Shown here: piece after piece, positions 39,101 through 47,660 of the stretch
Position numbering within the stretch: position 1 is the first letter of the stretch
How the letters are laid out: the number at the start of each line of letters is the position of its first letter
Origin: an uncultured archaeon
Lineage (GTDB): Archaea; Thermoplasmatota; Penumbrarchaeia; JASLWR01
DNA: 64,000 bases
NCBI GenBank assembly: GCA_964430885.1
Contig: CAYSHM010000010.1
Coordinates: 1 to 64,000 of the forward strand
Direction of reading: 5' to 3'
Program-made: the position numbers and the translations under genes
Notes under the pieces: generated by a model
Databases searched by the model: none
What the model saw: only the letters and a program-made list of their open reading frames with translations
What the model was told of the DNA's origin: nothing

Positions 39101-40008
39101 TGATACCAGCTAGAATATCCCCATGAATAACCGCTGGCAACATCGGCACCGATCCAAAGATAGGGCTTATAGTCATTTACCCGTTCGCGGAACATCCTTA
39201 CCATTTTTGTCAGTTCATCAGCCTGCCAATCTCTTCTGGAGCTGTAGCCTGACTCAGCGAAAGCCTGATTGGAATATGAATCATATGAATATGAGCCGGA
39301 CCGATACCGTATATGATCAAGTTTCATACCGTCTATTGGATAAGACGCAATTTCCATGAGAATATCCACAACAAACTCTCTTGCTTCGGGTATAGCAGGG
39401 TTGATCCAGTTGACCGGAGCACCGGAACTTGACACCTGCCTCCATTCAGGGTGGTCCCTGCAAGCAAAATAATTGGGCATTACACTTATCCATGGATGTA
39501 TCTCAATTCCCTTCTTATGCGCTTCGATGCATAATGTCATTAACGGATTAAAATCAGGCTTTACATCCACATGCTTCGGATAAAATTCAGAATTGTAATA
39601 CACACCTGCCCATTCACCATTGATTATAGGGCTTACGGCATTGAAATTATGCGTGACTGCAAAGTCAACCAAATCTATAATATCGGTGTGATTTACAATT
39701 CGGTAGCCAACGGTCCACAGACTTCTGTATTCGGTCTCTGCATCCTCCTTTCCTTCACGGGTTGAATCGATGATATGTTCTTTCCGGGCTGTACATTTGA
39801 GATGAGCATTTCCAATTCCTTCCGTGTTGCTGGCTCCAAATGACCTAATTTCCGATGTATCAACTTCATGATCATTACTGTCGGATGTAAAATCAGAGAA
39901 CTGAAAAGGATTTAGAAATAGGAACAGGACTAACATCAATAACAATCGGCTCCAAAATCGATACTTTGATCGATCATTGCCACCAATATTCGTACTTGGG
40001 CCCTTCAT
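36130..40008 (-). CDS. GHL10 (family-10-like glycoside hydrolase) with PA14-like, FN3 and PKD domains, membrane-anchored; paralog 1
   Basis: EYRSLW, FNPL...EAHKKGIEIHPW, WINPAIPEAR, YPIDGMKLDHIRY, QD...VDYLTPMTY. PA14-like IGADDGIEVWLNG, PKD WTFGDG, C-terminal TM. Confidence 0.85.
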   Translation of the reverse strand: MKGPSTNIGGNDRSKYRFWSRLLLMLVLFLFLNPFQFSDFTSDSNDHEVDTSEIRSFGASNTEGIGNAHLKCTARKEHIIDSTREGKEDAETEYRSLWTVGYRIVNHTDIIDLVDFAVTHNFNAVSPIINGEWAGVYYNSEFYPKHVDVKPDFNPLMTLCIEAHKKGIEIHPWISVMPNYFACRDHPEWRQVSSSGAPVNWINPAIPEAREFVVDILMEIASYPIDGMKLDHIRYRSGSYSYDSYSNQAFAESGYSSRRDWQADELTKMVRMFRERVNDYKPYLWIGADVASGYSWGYSSWYQDARRWTEENLVDYLTPMTYTTSRSSFRSCADNHVDHCNGKNIYVGTYVYTPENSAHGSVNTEEQGIDLLKDQITIARQEGAKGVCLFKYWYFKNYPNYGWAIRDSVFSEKLLSPLKVMDVPVMKNCWNFDRPTLKDGWEIFPRRNDYPMDGRWDIHDLTAGTYLRSPLVQLDPSVNTSIEARLKNSGAQPVTILFEWTNKAGITYPGNDQEKVRFIVPPDNEFHKIGIRLEEHPGWIRIANNTEECLNITGLKLILEDSPDPSTVLSIDYFKFLEVPRTQKEWLFLGPFSNLDYPHALENQYIELDTGNLYDSGSGDFWDESPSPGDVENGLEWYQYTSPCDYIDLAEEDLNLKYNSIYAFSNILTREKGEYELRIGADDGIEVWLNGELILLEERKTNCAWADEFVVPVTFKQGINRILLKVVQSEDEYGFYARLTLPGNQSLDPYQEDAVQFYPCLPEIPTPLPEDLLEGWSNQTCPVFRIELIDIYNNDPLFNIGRYWWNVDEGSAECYKVSSVDIDRGFLEIQVPRVENGSHIFGICAQDNLGRNSSLGTHTFHHDSYRIRCSSPVPDRKLISVTILATGPQSIKWDWDMIGNSPSGLNWTRILIGNAPYKENILNYTLEGNITTFTFQGITEKYTEIYLTIIPYGNTGIKGYYSVAEIPVLIDRIRPYKVNSLVAEVRLSEDNRELMGYFIKWNSTEDAGGGVVDIYILQYTSQNMQGWEVLTVTAGDKCQYDFNNIKRSERFRFRVFAVDSGGNEGIKSDEFMVENLAPSAKIWLDKCSIEECYEGQPVKFSSKESFDPDGVITGYFWTFGDGTFSYTRDCFHTYRCPGVFNITLSVYDDFGKYDRTWSRIIITEKKGFLINNSFETKDEDEKIIDKKDINSSSAVTSGGDGQGNEDNLIFGFAPGDFYLYTLIITILLITCLLAISLFFIKNKSRASYQRVADDPIGWTNNMSLVLNEIYELETLLLSSVNGSEKRNEGGEK

Positions 40009-40080
40009 ATTAATCCTTTTATTTGGTATTTTTTCGGTTGATTCATTCTATTTTTATAGCTAACCACTTATTATTTCGGA

Positions 40081-43000
40081 TCATATCTCGAATTCATTTA
40101 TCAGTAATTTCTCAGTACTCCTAACATCCATTTCCGAGAGGTCTATGTTCTGAGACCTTGTTTCCATCTCCTTTTCACTTGAACTCTTCCTCCTCAGATA
40201 CAACGCGAAATTGAGAAGAAGGAAAAACAAGCATACTATACCAAGAAGAAGAAAAGGGAAATATTTTGAGAGAAAACTGGTGATCAAACCACCTGAATCT
40301 GCGGTTTCATTTTCAGAGTTGTCCGGTCCGGAATCTGTTTCTGGCAAATCTCCGACATCGGAATCATCACCGGATTGTGCAGAGTTATTTGCATTGCTAT
40401 TTGTTTCATTTGCCAATTGCTGGGGTGGGCTGGTGATATTTATAAGATAGGTAGTTACATTATAGGCTCCGAACTCATCAAAAACTGAGAGCGAAACCGT
40501 AAAAATACCCGCCTTCCTGAATGTATGAAAGGTCTTCTCGTCGTAAGAAAAAGTGCCATCGCCATAATTCCAATAATAATCGTACACATACCCGTCAGGA
40601 TCGTAAGAATTCCCCGCATAGAATAATACAGGCATACCCACGAATGTTTCATTTATATCTATCATAGGAGAAGATATTACAGAGGTAGGAGCCAGGTTCT
40701 CAACCAGAATATCCTCGGAAGCGGGTCCTTGATTTCCGCTCACGTCAACAGCAAACACCCTGAACCTGTACCTTTCACTTCTAGAGGGATTACCAAAAGA
40801 AAAAGTCGTCTTATCTCCTTCAGTTGTACCCAGCTGCTTCCAATTCATGATGTTCTGGGATCGGTATTCAACAACAAAGCGGTCCAACTGTTCCTTGGTG
40901 CCAGATGAATACAGTTCGTCCCATGAAATGATGTAACTAATTAAACTATGGCCGTCAGGAGCAATATCTGGTAGATATCTCAATCCCGATACCTTATCCG
41001 GTTTAGAGTTATCGATAATCACAGGTACCTGAGAAGATGTCTTCAATCCCTCCAGGCCTGCATTGCTGGTAGGAATGAGAGATAAATAGATACTATTGTA
41101 ATAATCTGTAAGAATATCATAGGTAAAGGAAAGTGATTCTCCGCTTATATTGATCTTATGGATATTGGAATTTCCGGGTGAACTTCCTAACCAAATCTGA
41201 ACATGTGATATCCCAGAACAACAGGGTGTGACAATATCCCAATTCCAGGTGACTTTTTGCTGGGACTGGGATAGTTCAGTTACTCCTATGAGTTCCCTAT
41301 CAGGAACAGGAATGGAAAATTTCGGCAAGGTTCGATCAACTTTATATGTATGATTGCCCCAGCTGGAGTTTCTGCCGATACCATCCTGAGCTCTGACAGA
41401 ATATGTATGGTATCCGTTGGAAATATTGGTCAGTTCATGTTCCATATATCCTTTCAATATATTCGATTCGTGGACTGCCAATAGCTTTGGGTTTTCATTA
41501 TCTATCTTCCACCAATATTTCCCAACACTGAAAAAAGGGTCTGGATCTTCAGAGATGACGAAATGGAACCTCATTGAATTATTGTCACGGGTGATCCATT
41601 CATCTACAAGGTCGTCTGGCTCCGGTTCAGGCAGAGGAGGTAGAACAGTATAGTAACTGAGCAAATCATCAACACTGCCATTGTTCTCATCCGTCAACCG
41701 AAAATAGAAACCGTATTCTCCTGTTTTCTGAACCAGTTTCAGCATTAATGAATTTATCCCTTCTGAAAGGGAAATCGGAATGGTCAGGTTATCAACCTCG
41801 GCCTGCTGTACCACCTTGTCGTCCCGGATTACTTCCTCACCATTGACCCATAAGACCACACCATCATCCGCACCCACTTTCAGATGATATTCCATATCCA
41901 TTTCAGATATGACATTGGTATAGAAATATGTGGATTCCGCTTCATTACCTAAACCCAGATCATAGAGATCTATGTAATCTCTGGTTGTTGTGAATTCTGC
42001 CCATTCCAAACCGGATTCTATCTGTCCGGGCTCAGGAGGGATGCAGGTGAAATAGGTGTTATTATTATCTGGAGGAAGATCAAATTCACTGAATGGCCGG
42101 CCAACTATAGAAGCACGATCCATTTCCATGGCTGAAAAATAATCCGTGTTCTGAAAGGGTCCCAGCTTTAACCAATCCTTTTGGCAATCCGGATCGGATT
42201 GAAACTTGAAGTAATCAAGAGTAAGTGTAGCTGATGGATCGGCATTATCGATTACTGATATGTTGAATCGGGTGATCCTTGCGGTATTTGGATCACCATT
42301 TCCCTTGATACCCCAGCCAGCTACTTCATCCAAACGATGGCCGTAAGTGTGAAATTGTCCATCAGGTGGAAGCTGGAACTCAACCTTATTCTCATTCTGT
42401 TTGGGGTATTCCCAGCCAACATCATTTTTCCAGGTGAAAGATAATATTAAAGGGTTATTGCCGTCATTCTTTGCCCTTAACTCCAGTGTCGGAGCTGAGT
42501 GAGGATCCATATCCAAAAGAGGTGAGACCAATGTGGTGCCTTCATATGCATTGTGAATCTCCCACTGATCGTTCATGGGATGATCGTATCGTCTTGGAAA
42601 AATATTCCAGCATTCCCTGTAGGTTGTCTGGTTGAATTCCCATTCTGTTCTGTACACTGGCACTGTCAATTTCTTAACAGGGGCCCATGTTCTGTTGGGA
42701 AATACAGAATTCAAAGCCCATGCATATTCGGGATTGTCCCTCAGGAACTCATATCGGAAAAGACAGACCCCATCGGCACCTTCGGTTTGGGCAATATCTA
42801 TCAGATCCACTATTAGAGCAATTCCCTCTTCATCGGTCTCTACTTGACCGTGAGCAGTATTGCCCGCTGTATATACATATGGACCAGCTATGATCTGATC
42901 ACAATACTGAGCCCTTACATAACTTCTCACACTATTTCTGAAGCTGTTCCTGTTAGGGGTATAAATCATGGGTGTCAAGTAATCTATTATGCCTTCCCTC

Positions 43001-43842
43001 GCCCACTGGGAACCTCCCCCATCAATTGAGTACCAGAAATCGGGTTTATATTCATGAACCGCTTCACTGAACATTCTGAGCATCTCCGTAAACTGGTCAC
43101 GCTCCCAAACCTGTTTACTAGCATATCCGGATTGAGCCCAGGCCTGCATCGTATAATCGTCATATGAATCAGGAATGTAAAGATGATCCATTCTCAATCC
43201 GTCTATGGGATAAGTACACATCTCCATATACATATCTACAAGATATTCTCTACAATCAGGTCTATTAGTATTGAACCCCCGGCCTGAGGGAACGCCGTTC
43301 TGATCAACCACCCTGAATTCAGGGTGTTCTATAAAGGCCCAGCGATTCGTATGGGGATGTATCCAAACATGAACCTCTATACCCCGCTTGTGCGCCTCTA
43401 TACACAGGTTCATCAGTGGATCAAAACCAGGGGCTATATCGACATGTAGGGGGTAGAATTCCGATTGATAATACACTCCTCTGCCCTCTCCATTTATAAT
43501 TGGACTGACAACATTGAAATTATAATCCTCGCAGAAGTTCAGGAGCTCAAGGATATTACTGATATTGATTATACTGTAGCCAATGGTCCACATTCCCCTG
43601 TACTCTACAAGCTCACCGCTCTCACCAACCTCCAATCTACTTTCGAGTTCAGAATCCGAAGGAACGACCAACAATCGATTCTCCTGTGATATCCCAGTTT
43701 CCTCCGATATTGGGTTATACGTTTTGTCCAACGGGATAGGCGTAAATAGGAATAATATTGCAATGTACATAATGAACAAACGAAGTCCAGTTTTCCTGAT
43801 CTTCTTATCCCTTTTCATTCTATCACTTGGTTTACTTTGCAT
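40081..43842 (-). CDS. GHL10 with PA14-like, FN3 and PKD domains, membrane-anchored; paralog 2
   Basis: EYRGMW, FDPL...EAHKRGIEVHVW, YPIDGLRMDH, IDYLTPMIY, VGADDGVVLWVNG, WNYGDG, C-terminal TM. Confidence 0.85.
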   Translation of the reverse strand: MQSKPSDRMKRDKKIRKTGLRLFIMYIAILFLFTPIPLDKTYNPISEETGISQENRLLVVPSDSELESRLEVGESGELVEYRGMWTIGYSIINISNILELLNFCEDYNFNVVSPIINGEGRGVYYQSEFYPLHVDIAPGFDPLMNLCIEAHKRGIEVHVWIHPHTNRWAFIEHPEFRVVDQNGVPSGRGFNTNRPDCREYLVDMYMEMCTYPIDGLRMDHLYIPDSYDDYTMQAWAQSGYASKQVWERDQFTEMLRMFSEAVHEYKPDFWYSIDGGGSQWAREGIIDYLTPMIYTPNRNSFRNSVRSYVRAQYCDQIIAGPYVYTAGNTAHGQVETDEEGIALIVDLIDIAQTEGADGVCLFRYEFLRDNPEYAWALNSVFPNRTWAPVKKLTVPVYRTEWEFNQTTYRECWNIFPRRYDHPMNDQWEIHNAYEGTTLVSPLLDMDPHSAPTLELRAKNDGNNPLILSFTWKNDVGWEYPKQNENKVEFQLPPDGQFHTYGHRLDEVAGWGIKGNGDPNTARITRFNISVIDNADPSATLTLDYFKFQSDPDCQKDWLKLGPFQNTDYFSAMEMDRASIVGRPFSEFDLPPDNNNTYFTCIPPEPGQIESGLEWAEFTTTRDYIDLYDLGLGNEAESTYFYTNVISEMDMEYHLKVGADDGVVLWVNGEEVIRDDKVVQQAEVDNLTIPISLSEGINSLMLKLVQKTGEYGFYFRLTDENNGSVDDLLSYYTVLPPLPEPEPDDLVDEWITRDNNSMRFHFVISEDPDPFFSVGKYWWKIDNENPKLLAVHESNILKGYMEHELTNISNGYHTYSVRAQDGIGRNSSWGNHTYKVDRTLPKFSIPVPDRELIGVTELSQSQQKVTWNWDIVTPCCSGISHVQIWLGSSPGNSNIHKINISGESLSFTYDILTDYYNSIYLSLIPTSNAGLEGLKTSSQVPVIIDNSKPDKVSGLRYLPDIAPDGHSLISYIISWDELYSSGTKEQLDRFVVEYRSQNIMNWKQLGTTEGDKTTFSFGNPSRSERYRFRVFAVDVSGNQGPASEDILVENLAPTSVISSPMIDINETFVGMPVLFYAGNSYDPDGYVYDYYWNYGDGTFSYDEKTFHTFRKAGIFTVSLSVFDEFGAYNVTTYLINITSPPQQLANETNSNANNSAQSGDDSDVGDLPETDSGPDNSENETADSGGLITSFLSKYFPFLLLGIVCLFFLLLNFALYLRRKSSSEKEMETRSQNIDLSEMDVRSTEKLLINEFEI

Positions 43843-43922
43843 AGGGCTGGATTCTTTCCATATCGACTGTTCGAGCAGTTCTAACGATATCTCTTCCAGT
43901 AAATTGATACTAACCGGGTCTG

Positions 43923-46900
43923 CTAATCATCAATTCGATCATATTCAACATCATCATTACCAATTTCCTTAGGGGATTTCCCGAATTGTGAGCGTTTAAA
44001 AAGCAATGAAACTGAGAACAACAGCAGAAACACAGCTATACATGCAATAAGTATGTAAAGTACTGGCGATTCGGTAATCGGTTCTTCTTTTTCCTTCTCA
44101 ACATCTGTATTATTACCGTCTGTAGCATCTGAATTATTCAATTCTGTACCGTCATCATCAACATCTGTTGCGTTCAAAACCTCCCTTTCGGGTGATATTG
44201 TAATATTTATGAAATTTTTTGTGATATTGTAGGCACCGAAATCATCATAGACTGTAAGCATTATCTCGTATAATCCTTCCTCTCGGTAAGTATGAAATAC
44301 CGATCCTTCATAGGAAAAGGTTCCATCTCCGAAGGACCAAAAATGTTCATGAACAATCCCATCAGGATCATAGGAGATATTTGCCGTGAACAGCAGCGGA
44401 TATCCCGAATATGTTCCGTTCTGCTGATTTGCAGAGTATTGGATAATTGCAGTAGGCTCAAGGTTCGGGATGGTATAATCCTCTGAAACCGGGCCGTAAT
44501 TTCCCGCGGTATCAACTGCATAGATACGGAATCGATAGCGTTCGCTGCGCTGTATCTTATCGAATTGATAGCTGGTTTTGGAAACTTCTACCTCGGCCAG
44601 GATTTTCCATTCTACAAGGTTTTGACTTGTATATTCCAGCACATACCGATCTAGATCCCCAAAGGCACCAGGATCCTCAACTGGGTCCCAGGATATTGAA
44701 TATGATTCCATGCTCCTTCCATTTTGAGACACATTTGGAGTGATTTCAAGTGAACCTACTCTCTCGGGTCTCAATCTATCTATCACAACAGGATTGCTGG
44801 TCTGGGGATCTCCTGAAATATTGGTATAGCTCACTGGAACCACAGTGAAATAAATGCTCTTGTGAGAGGTTGAGATTCCATCGAATGTATATTCTTCCAC
44901 AACTCCTTCCAGTGAATCAGTATAGATATTGGATGATCCAGTAGTGTCGCCGATAAAGATCTCAGTACGTGTTATTCTGGAAGGACAGTCTTTTATCAAG
45001 GACCAGAACCAGGTAACAGGCTGTTCGGAATTCTGAAGATCGGATATGCCAATGAGGTCCTTATCAGACACTGGTTTTGAGTAAGCGGGAATGTCATTAT
45101 CCACCTTGAAGATATGTTCTCCCCATGTGCTGTTCCGTCCCAATGCGTCCTGAGCTAGAATGTAGAAAGTATGCTCTCCGCTATCCACCTGGTTCACCTC
45201 AATTGATAAAATTTCATCATTGATGATCTGGTCATTCACATATACTTCAACAGGTGAATCAGAATCTATTTTCCACCAGTAACTTGTCACATCGAAATGC
45301 GGGTCCGGGTCGGAGGTCTCTATATGGTCCATAGTAAATGAAAGTGCTGTAAGGTTAAGCCAACCGTCGGATTGATCATCTGGAACAGGAGCAGGAATGT
45401 CCGGAAGTACAGGATAGAACTTAAGTTCATCACTAACCGAATTGTTCATGTAATCGGTCATTCGAAGATAAAAACCGAAAGCGCTGGTATTCTGACTCAA
45501 CTTAAGCACCAACTGGTTCAACCCTTCTCTAACATTGATGGAAACAATGTAATTATCTACCTGAGCTTTTAGGACCGACCCATTATCATGAGATACCATC
45601 TCCCCATTGAACCACATCATATGGGCATCATCCCCACCTAGCCTTATTTGATAATCACCCTCTTGACCGGAGAGAATATGAGAAAAGACGTACATTGTAT
45701 TGAAATCATCATTCCAACCCTTATCAATAAAACTAACATAATCAGTTGTGGTAGAGTACTTTTTCCATTCTTTTCCGCTTGTGATCTGACCTTCTTCCGG
45801 CATTATATCTATCGGACCGCCAAACGACCAGTTACCCTCAGTCGAACTATCATGAGGAATATGAAGATTTCCGACGGCAACCTGGTAATCAACGTTTTGG
45901 AAAGGACCCAATAGGAGCCACTCTTTTTGGCATCGGGGAACATTTAGAAACCTAAGATAATCAAGGTGAATTTGAGGGTTCGTCTCATTTGCATCAACCA
46001 CCTTTAAAAATGTTCGTGATATCCTGAGATTTCTATCCAGATTCTCATCGAAAATCACCCATGATGAACGGTTATCGAGTCTGGACCCCATGGTGTGGTA
46101 TTCACCATCAGGCGGAATCGTAAAATAGATCGGATCTTCATCATCCTTGGGATAATAGATATTTTTCTCGTTGGACCATGAAAATTCAAGTTTTAAAGGC
46201 CGACTTCCCGAATTTTTCACCCTAAATTCAATCGATGAGTGATTCACAGGGTCCAAGTTCAACAGAGGGGAGACCAGTTCGGTTCCGGATACCGCATTTG
46301 TAACCTTCCATTCTCCATTCAGAGGATAATCATATCTTCTGGGAAACAACTCCCACCCTTCTCTGAGGGAAGGGTCGTTGAATTCCCATCCACTCTTATT
46401 GACTGGAACTGTTTGTTCCTTGAGGGGCGTCCAAACCTTTTGAGAATAGGGGCCATCCTTGAGATGCCATCCATAGCTCGGATGTTCCTCCAGATATTTG
46501 TAGCTAAACATACTGATGCCGTCAGCATTATTATTCCGTGCTATTTCTATCTGATCCAAAAGAAGATTGATCCCTTCTTCCTCGGTCTCTACACTTCCGT
46601 GGGCTGAATTTCCAGGAACATAAACATATGGTCCAGCATTTAGGAGATTTCCATGCTTATTCTGAACGTAATCTCTAAGGGAAGACTCGAATGAACTCCT
46701 ACTGGTGGTATATCCCATTATCTGTAAATAATCCACCCATCCCTCCTCTGTCCAAAACCGGTTATCCTGATAAACACCGTGATACCAGCTGGAATAACTC
46801 TGCCAAACATCCGCACCAAGCCAAAGATAGGGTTTATATTCGTTGAGCGCTGCCCTGACCATTTTAACAAGTTCACTCACTTGATCCCTCTGCCATTGAG

Positions 46901-47624
46901 CTCTATCAGTGTAACCTGAATCTGCAAAGGCCTGATTTGAATAGGGATCGTATGAATAGCTTCCGCTTCCGTACCTTATAGTATCCATCTTAATTCCATC
47001 AACAGGATAGGAGGCGATTTCCATAACCATATTTACCAGATGTTCCCTGACATCCGGTCTTGACGGCGTTATCCAAACTGTACTGGGCGATCCTCCGCTC
47101 GATACCTGGGGCCAATCCTGATGCTGAATTCTGGCTAAAACATTGTAGCACATATGGACCCATGGATGCACCTCGATCCCACGTTTATGAGCTTCTATGC
47201 AGAGATCTTCCAAAGGATTGAAATTCCAGGCTACATCAATATGTTTTGGATATATATATGAATAATAGAAAACACCGTCACTATCTCCATTAATGAGAGG
47301 GCTTAATACGTTTATATTGTGAGAATCCGCAAATTCTACCAAGGCCAAAACCTCACTGTGGTTGACTATCTTGTATCCATCGCACCACATGCCTCGGTAT
47401 TCAATGTCGTTATCATCCCTGGATATGTAAATACTACCTTTATCGGTATGAATGATATTATCTTCTATGACTGTTTCTTTTTCCGATATCGAAATTTCTT
47501 CTTCACAAACCGAATATTCATTGATGATATCGTTATAGAAAATTGAGAGCATCATCCCCAGGATAAGTATGAATAATGCAAAGAAGCAGGCAGTTTTCTG
47601 TTTGATTTTCCCAGGTACCTTCAA
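43923..47624 (-). CDS. GHL10 with PA14-like, FN3 and PKD domains, membrane-anchored; paralog 3
   Basis: EYRGMW, EAHKRGIEVHPW, YPVDGIKMDTIRY, YQDNRFW, LGGDDAHMMWFNG, WSFGDG, C-terminal TM. TTG start after an AGGTG SD. Confidence 0.85.
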   Translation of the reverse strand: MKVPGKIKQKTACFFALFILILGMMLSIFYNDIINEYSVCEEEISISEKETVIEDNIIHTDKGSIYISRDDNDIEYRGMWCDGYKIVNHSEVLALVEFADSHNINVLSPLINGDSDGVFYYSYIYPKHIDVAWNFNPLEDLCIEAHKRGIEVHPWVHMCYNVLARIQHQDWPQVSSGGSPSTVWITPSRPDVREHLVNMVMEIASYPVDGIKMDTIRYGSGSYSYDPYSNQAFADSGYTDRAQWQRDQVSELVKMVRAALNEYKPYLWLGADVWQSYSSWYHGVYQDNRFWTEEGWVDYLQIMGYTTSRSSFESSLRDYVQNKHGNLLNAGPYVYVPGNSAHGSVETEEEGINLLLDQIEIARNNNADGISMFSYKYLEEHPSYGWHLKDGPYSQKVWTPLKEQTVPVNKSGWEFNDPSLREGWELFPRRYDYPLNGEWKVTNAVSGTELVSPLLNLDPVNHSSIEFRVKNSGSRPLKLEFSWSNEKNIYYPKDDEDPIYFTIPPDGEYHTMGSRLDNRSSWVIFDENLDRNLRISRTFLKVVDANETNPQIHLDYLRFLNVPRCQKEWLLLGPFQNVDYQVAVGNLHIPHDSSTEGNWSFGGPIDIMPEEGQITSGKEWKKYSTTTDYVSFIDKGWNDDFNTMYVFSHILSGQEGDYQIRLGGDDAHMMWFNGEMVSHDNGSVLKAQVDNYIVSINVREGLNQLVLKLSQNTSAFGFYLRMTDYMNNSVSDELKFYPVLPDIPAPVPDDQSDGWLNLTALSFTMDHIETSDPDPHFDVTSYWWKIDSDSPVEVYVNDQIINDEILSIEVNQVDSGEHTFYILAQDALGRNSTWGEHIFKVDNDIPAYSKPVSDKDLIGISDLQNSEQPVTWFWSLIKDCPSRITRTEIFIGDTTGSSNIYTDSLEGVVEEYTFDGISTSHKSIYFTVVPVSYTNISGDPQTSNPVVIDRLRPERVGSLEITPNVSQNGRSMESYSISWDPVEDPGAFGDLDRYVLEYTSQNLVEWKILAEVEVSKTSYQFDKIQRSERYRFRIYAVDTAGNYGPVSEDYTIPNLEPTAIIQYSANQQNGTYSGYPLLFTANISYDPDGIVHEHFWSFGDGTFSYEGSVFHTYREEGLYEIMLTVYDDFGAYNITKNFINITISPEREVLNATDVDDDGTELNNSDATDGNNTDVEKEKEEPITESPVLYILIACIAVFLLLFSVSLLFKRSQFGKSPKEIGNDDVEYDRIDD

Positions 47625-47660
47625 TTAAACACCTTTATGATTTTCTTTGTTTCAATTGTA

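Noticed and set aside
36130-47624. Assembly artefact explaining the three similar genes
   Set aside because: The paralogs differ throughout in sequence, length and indels, so they are real diverged duplicates.
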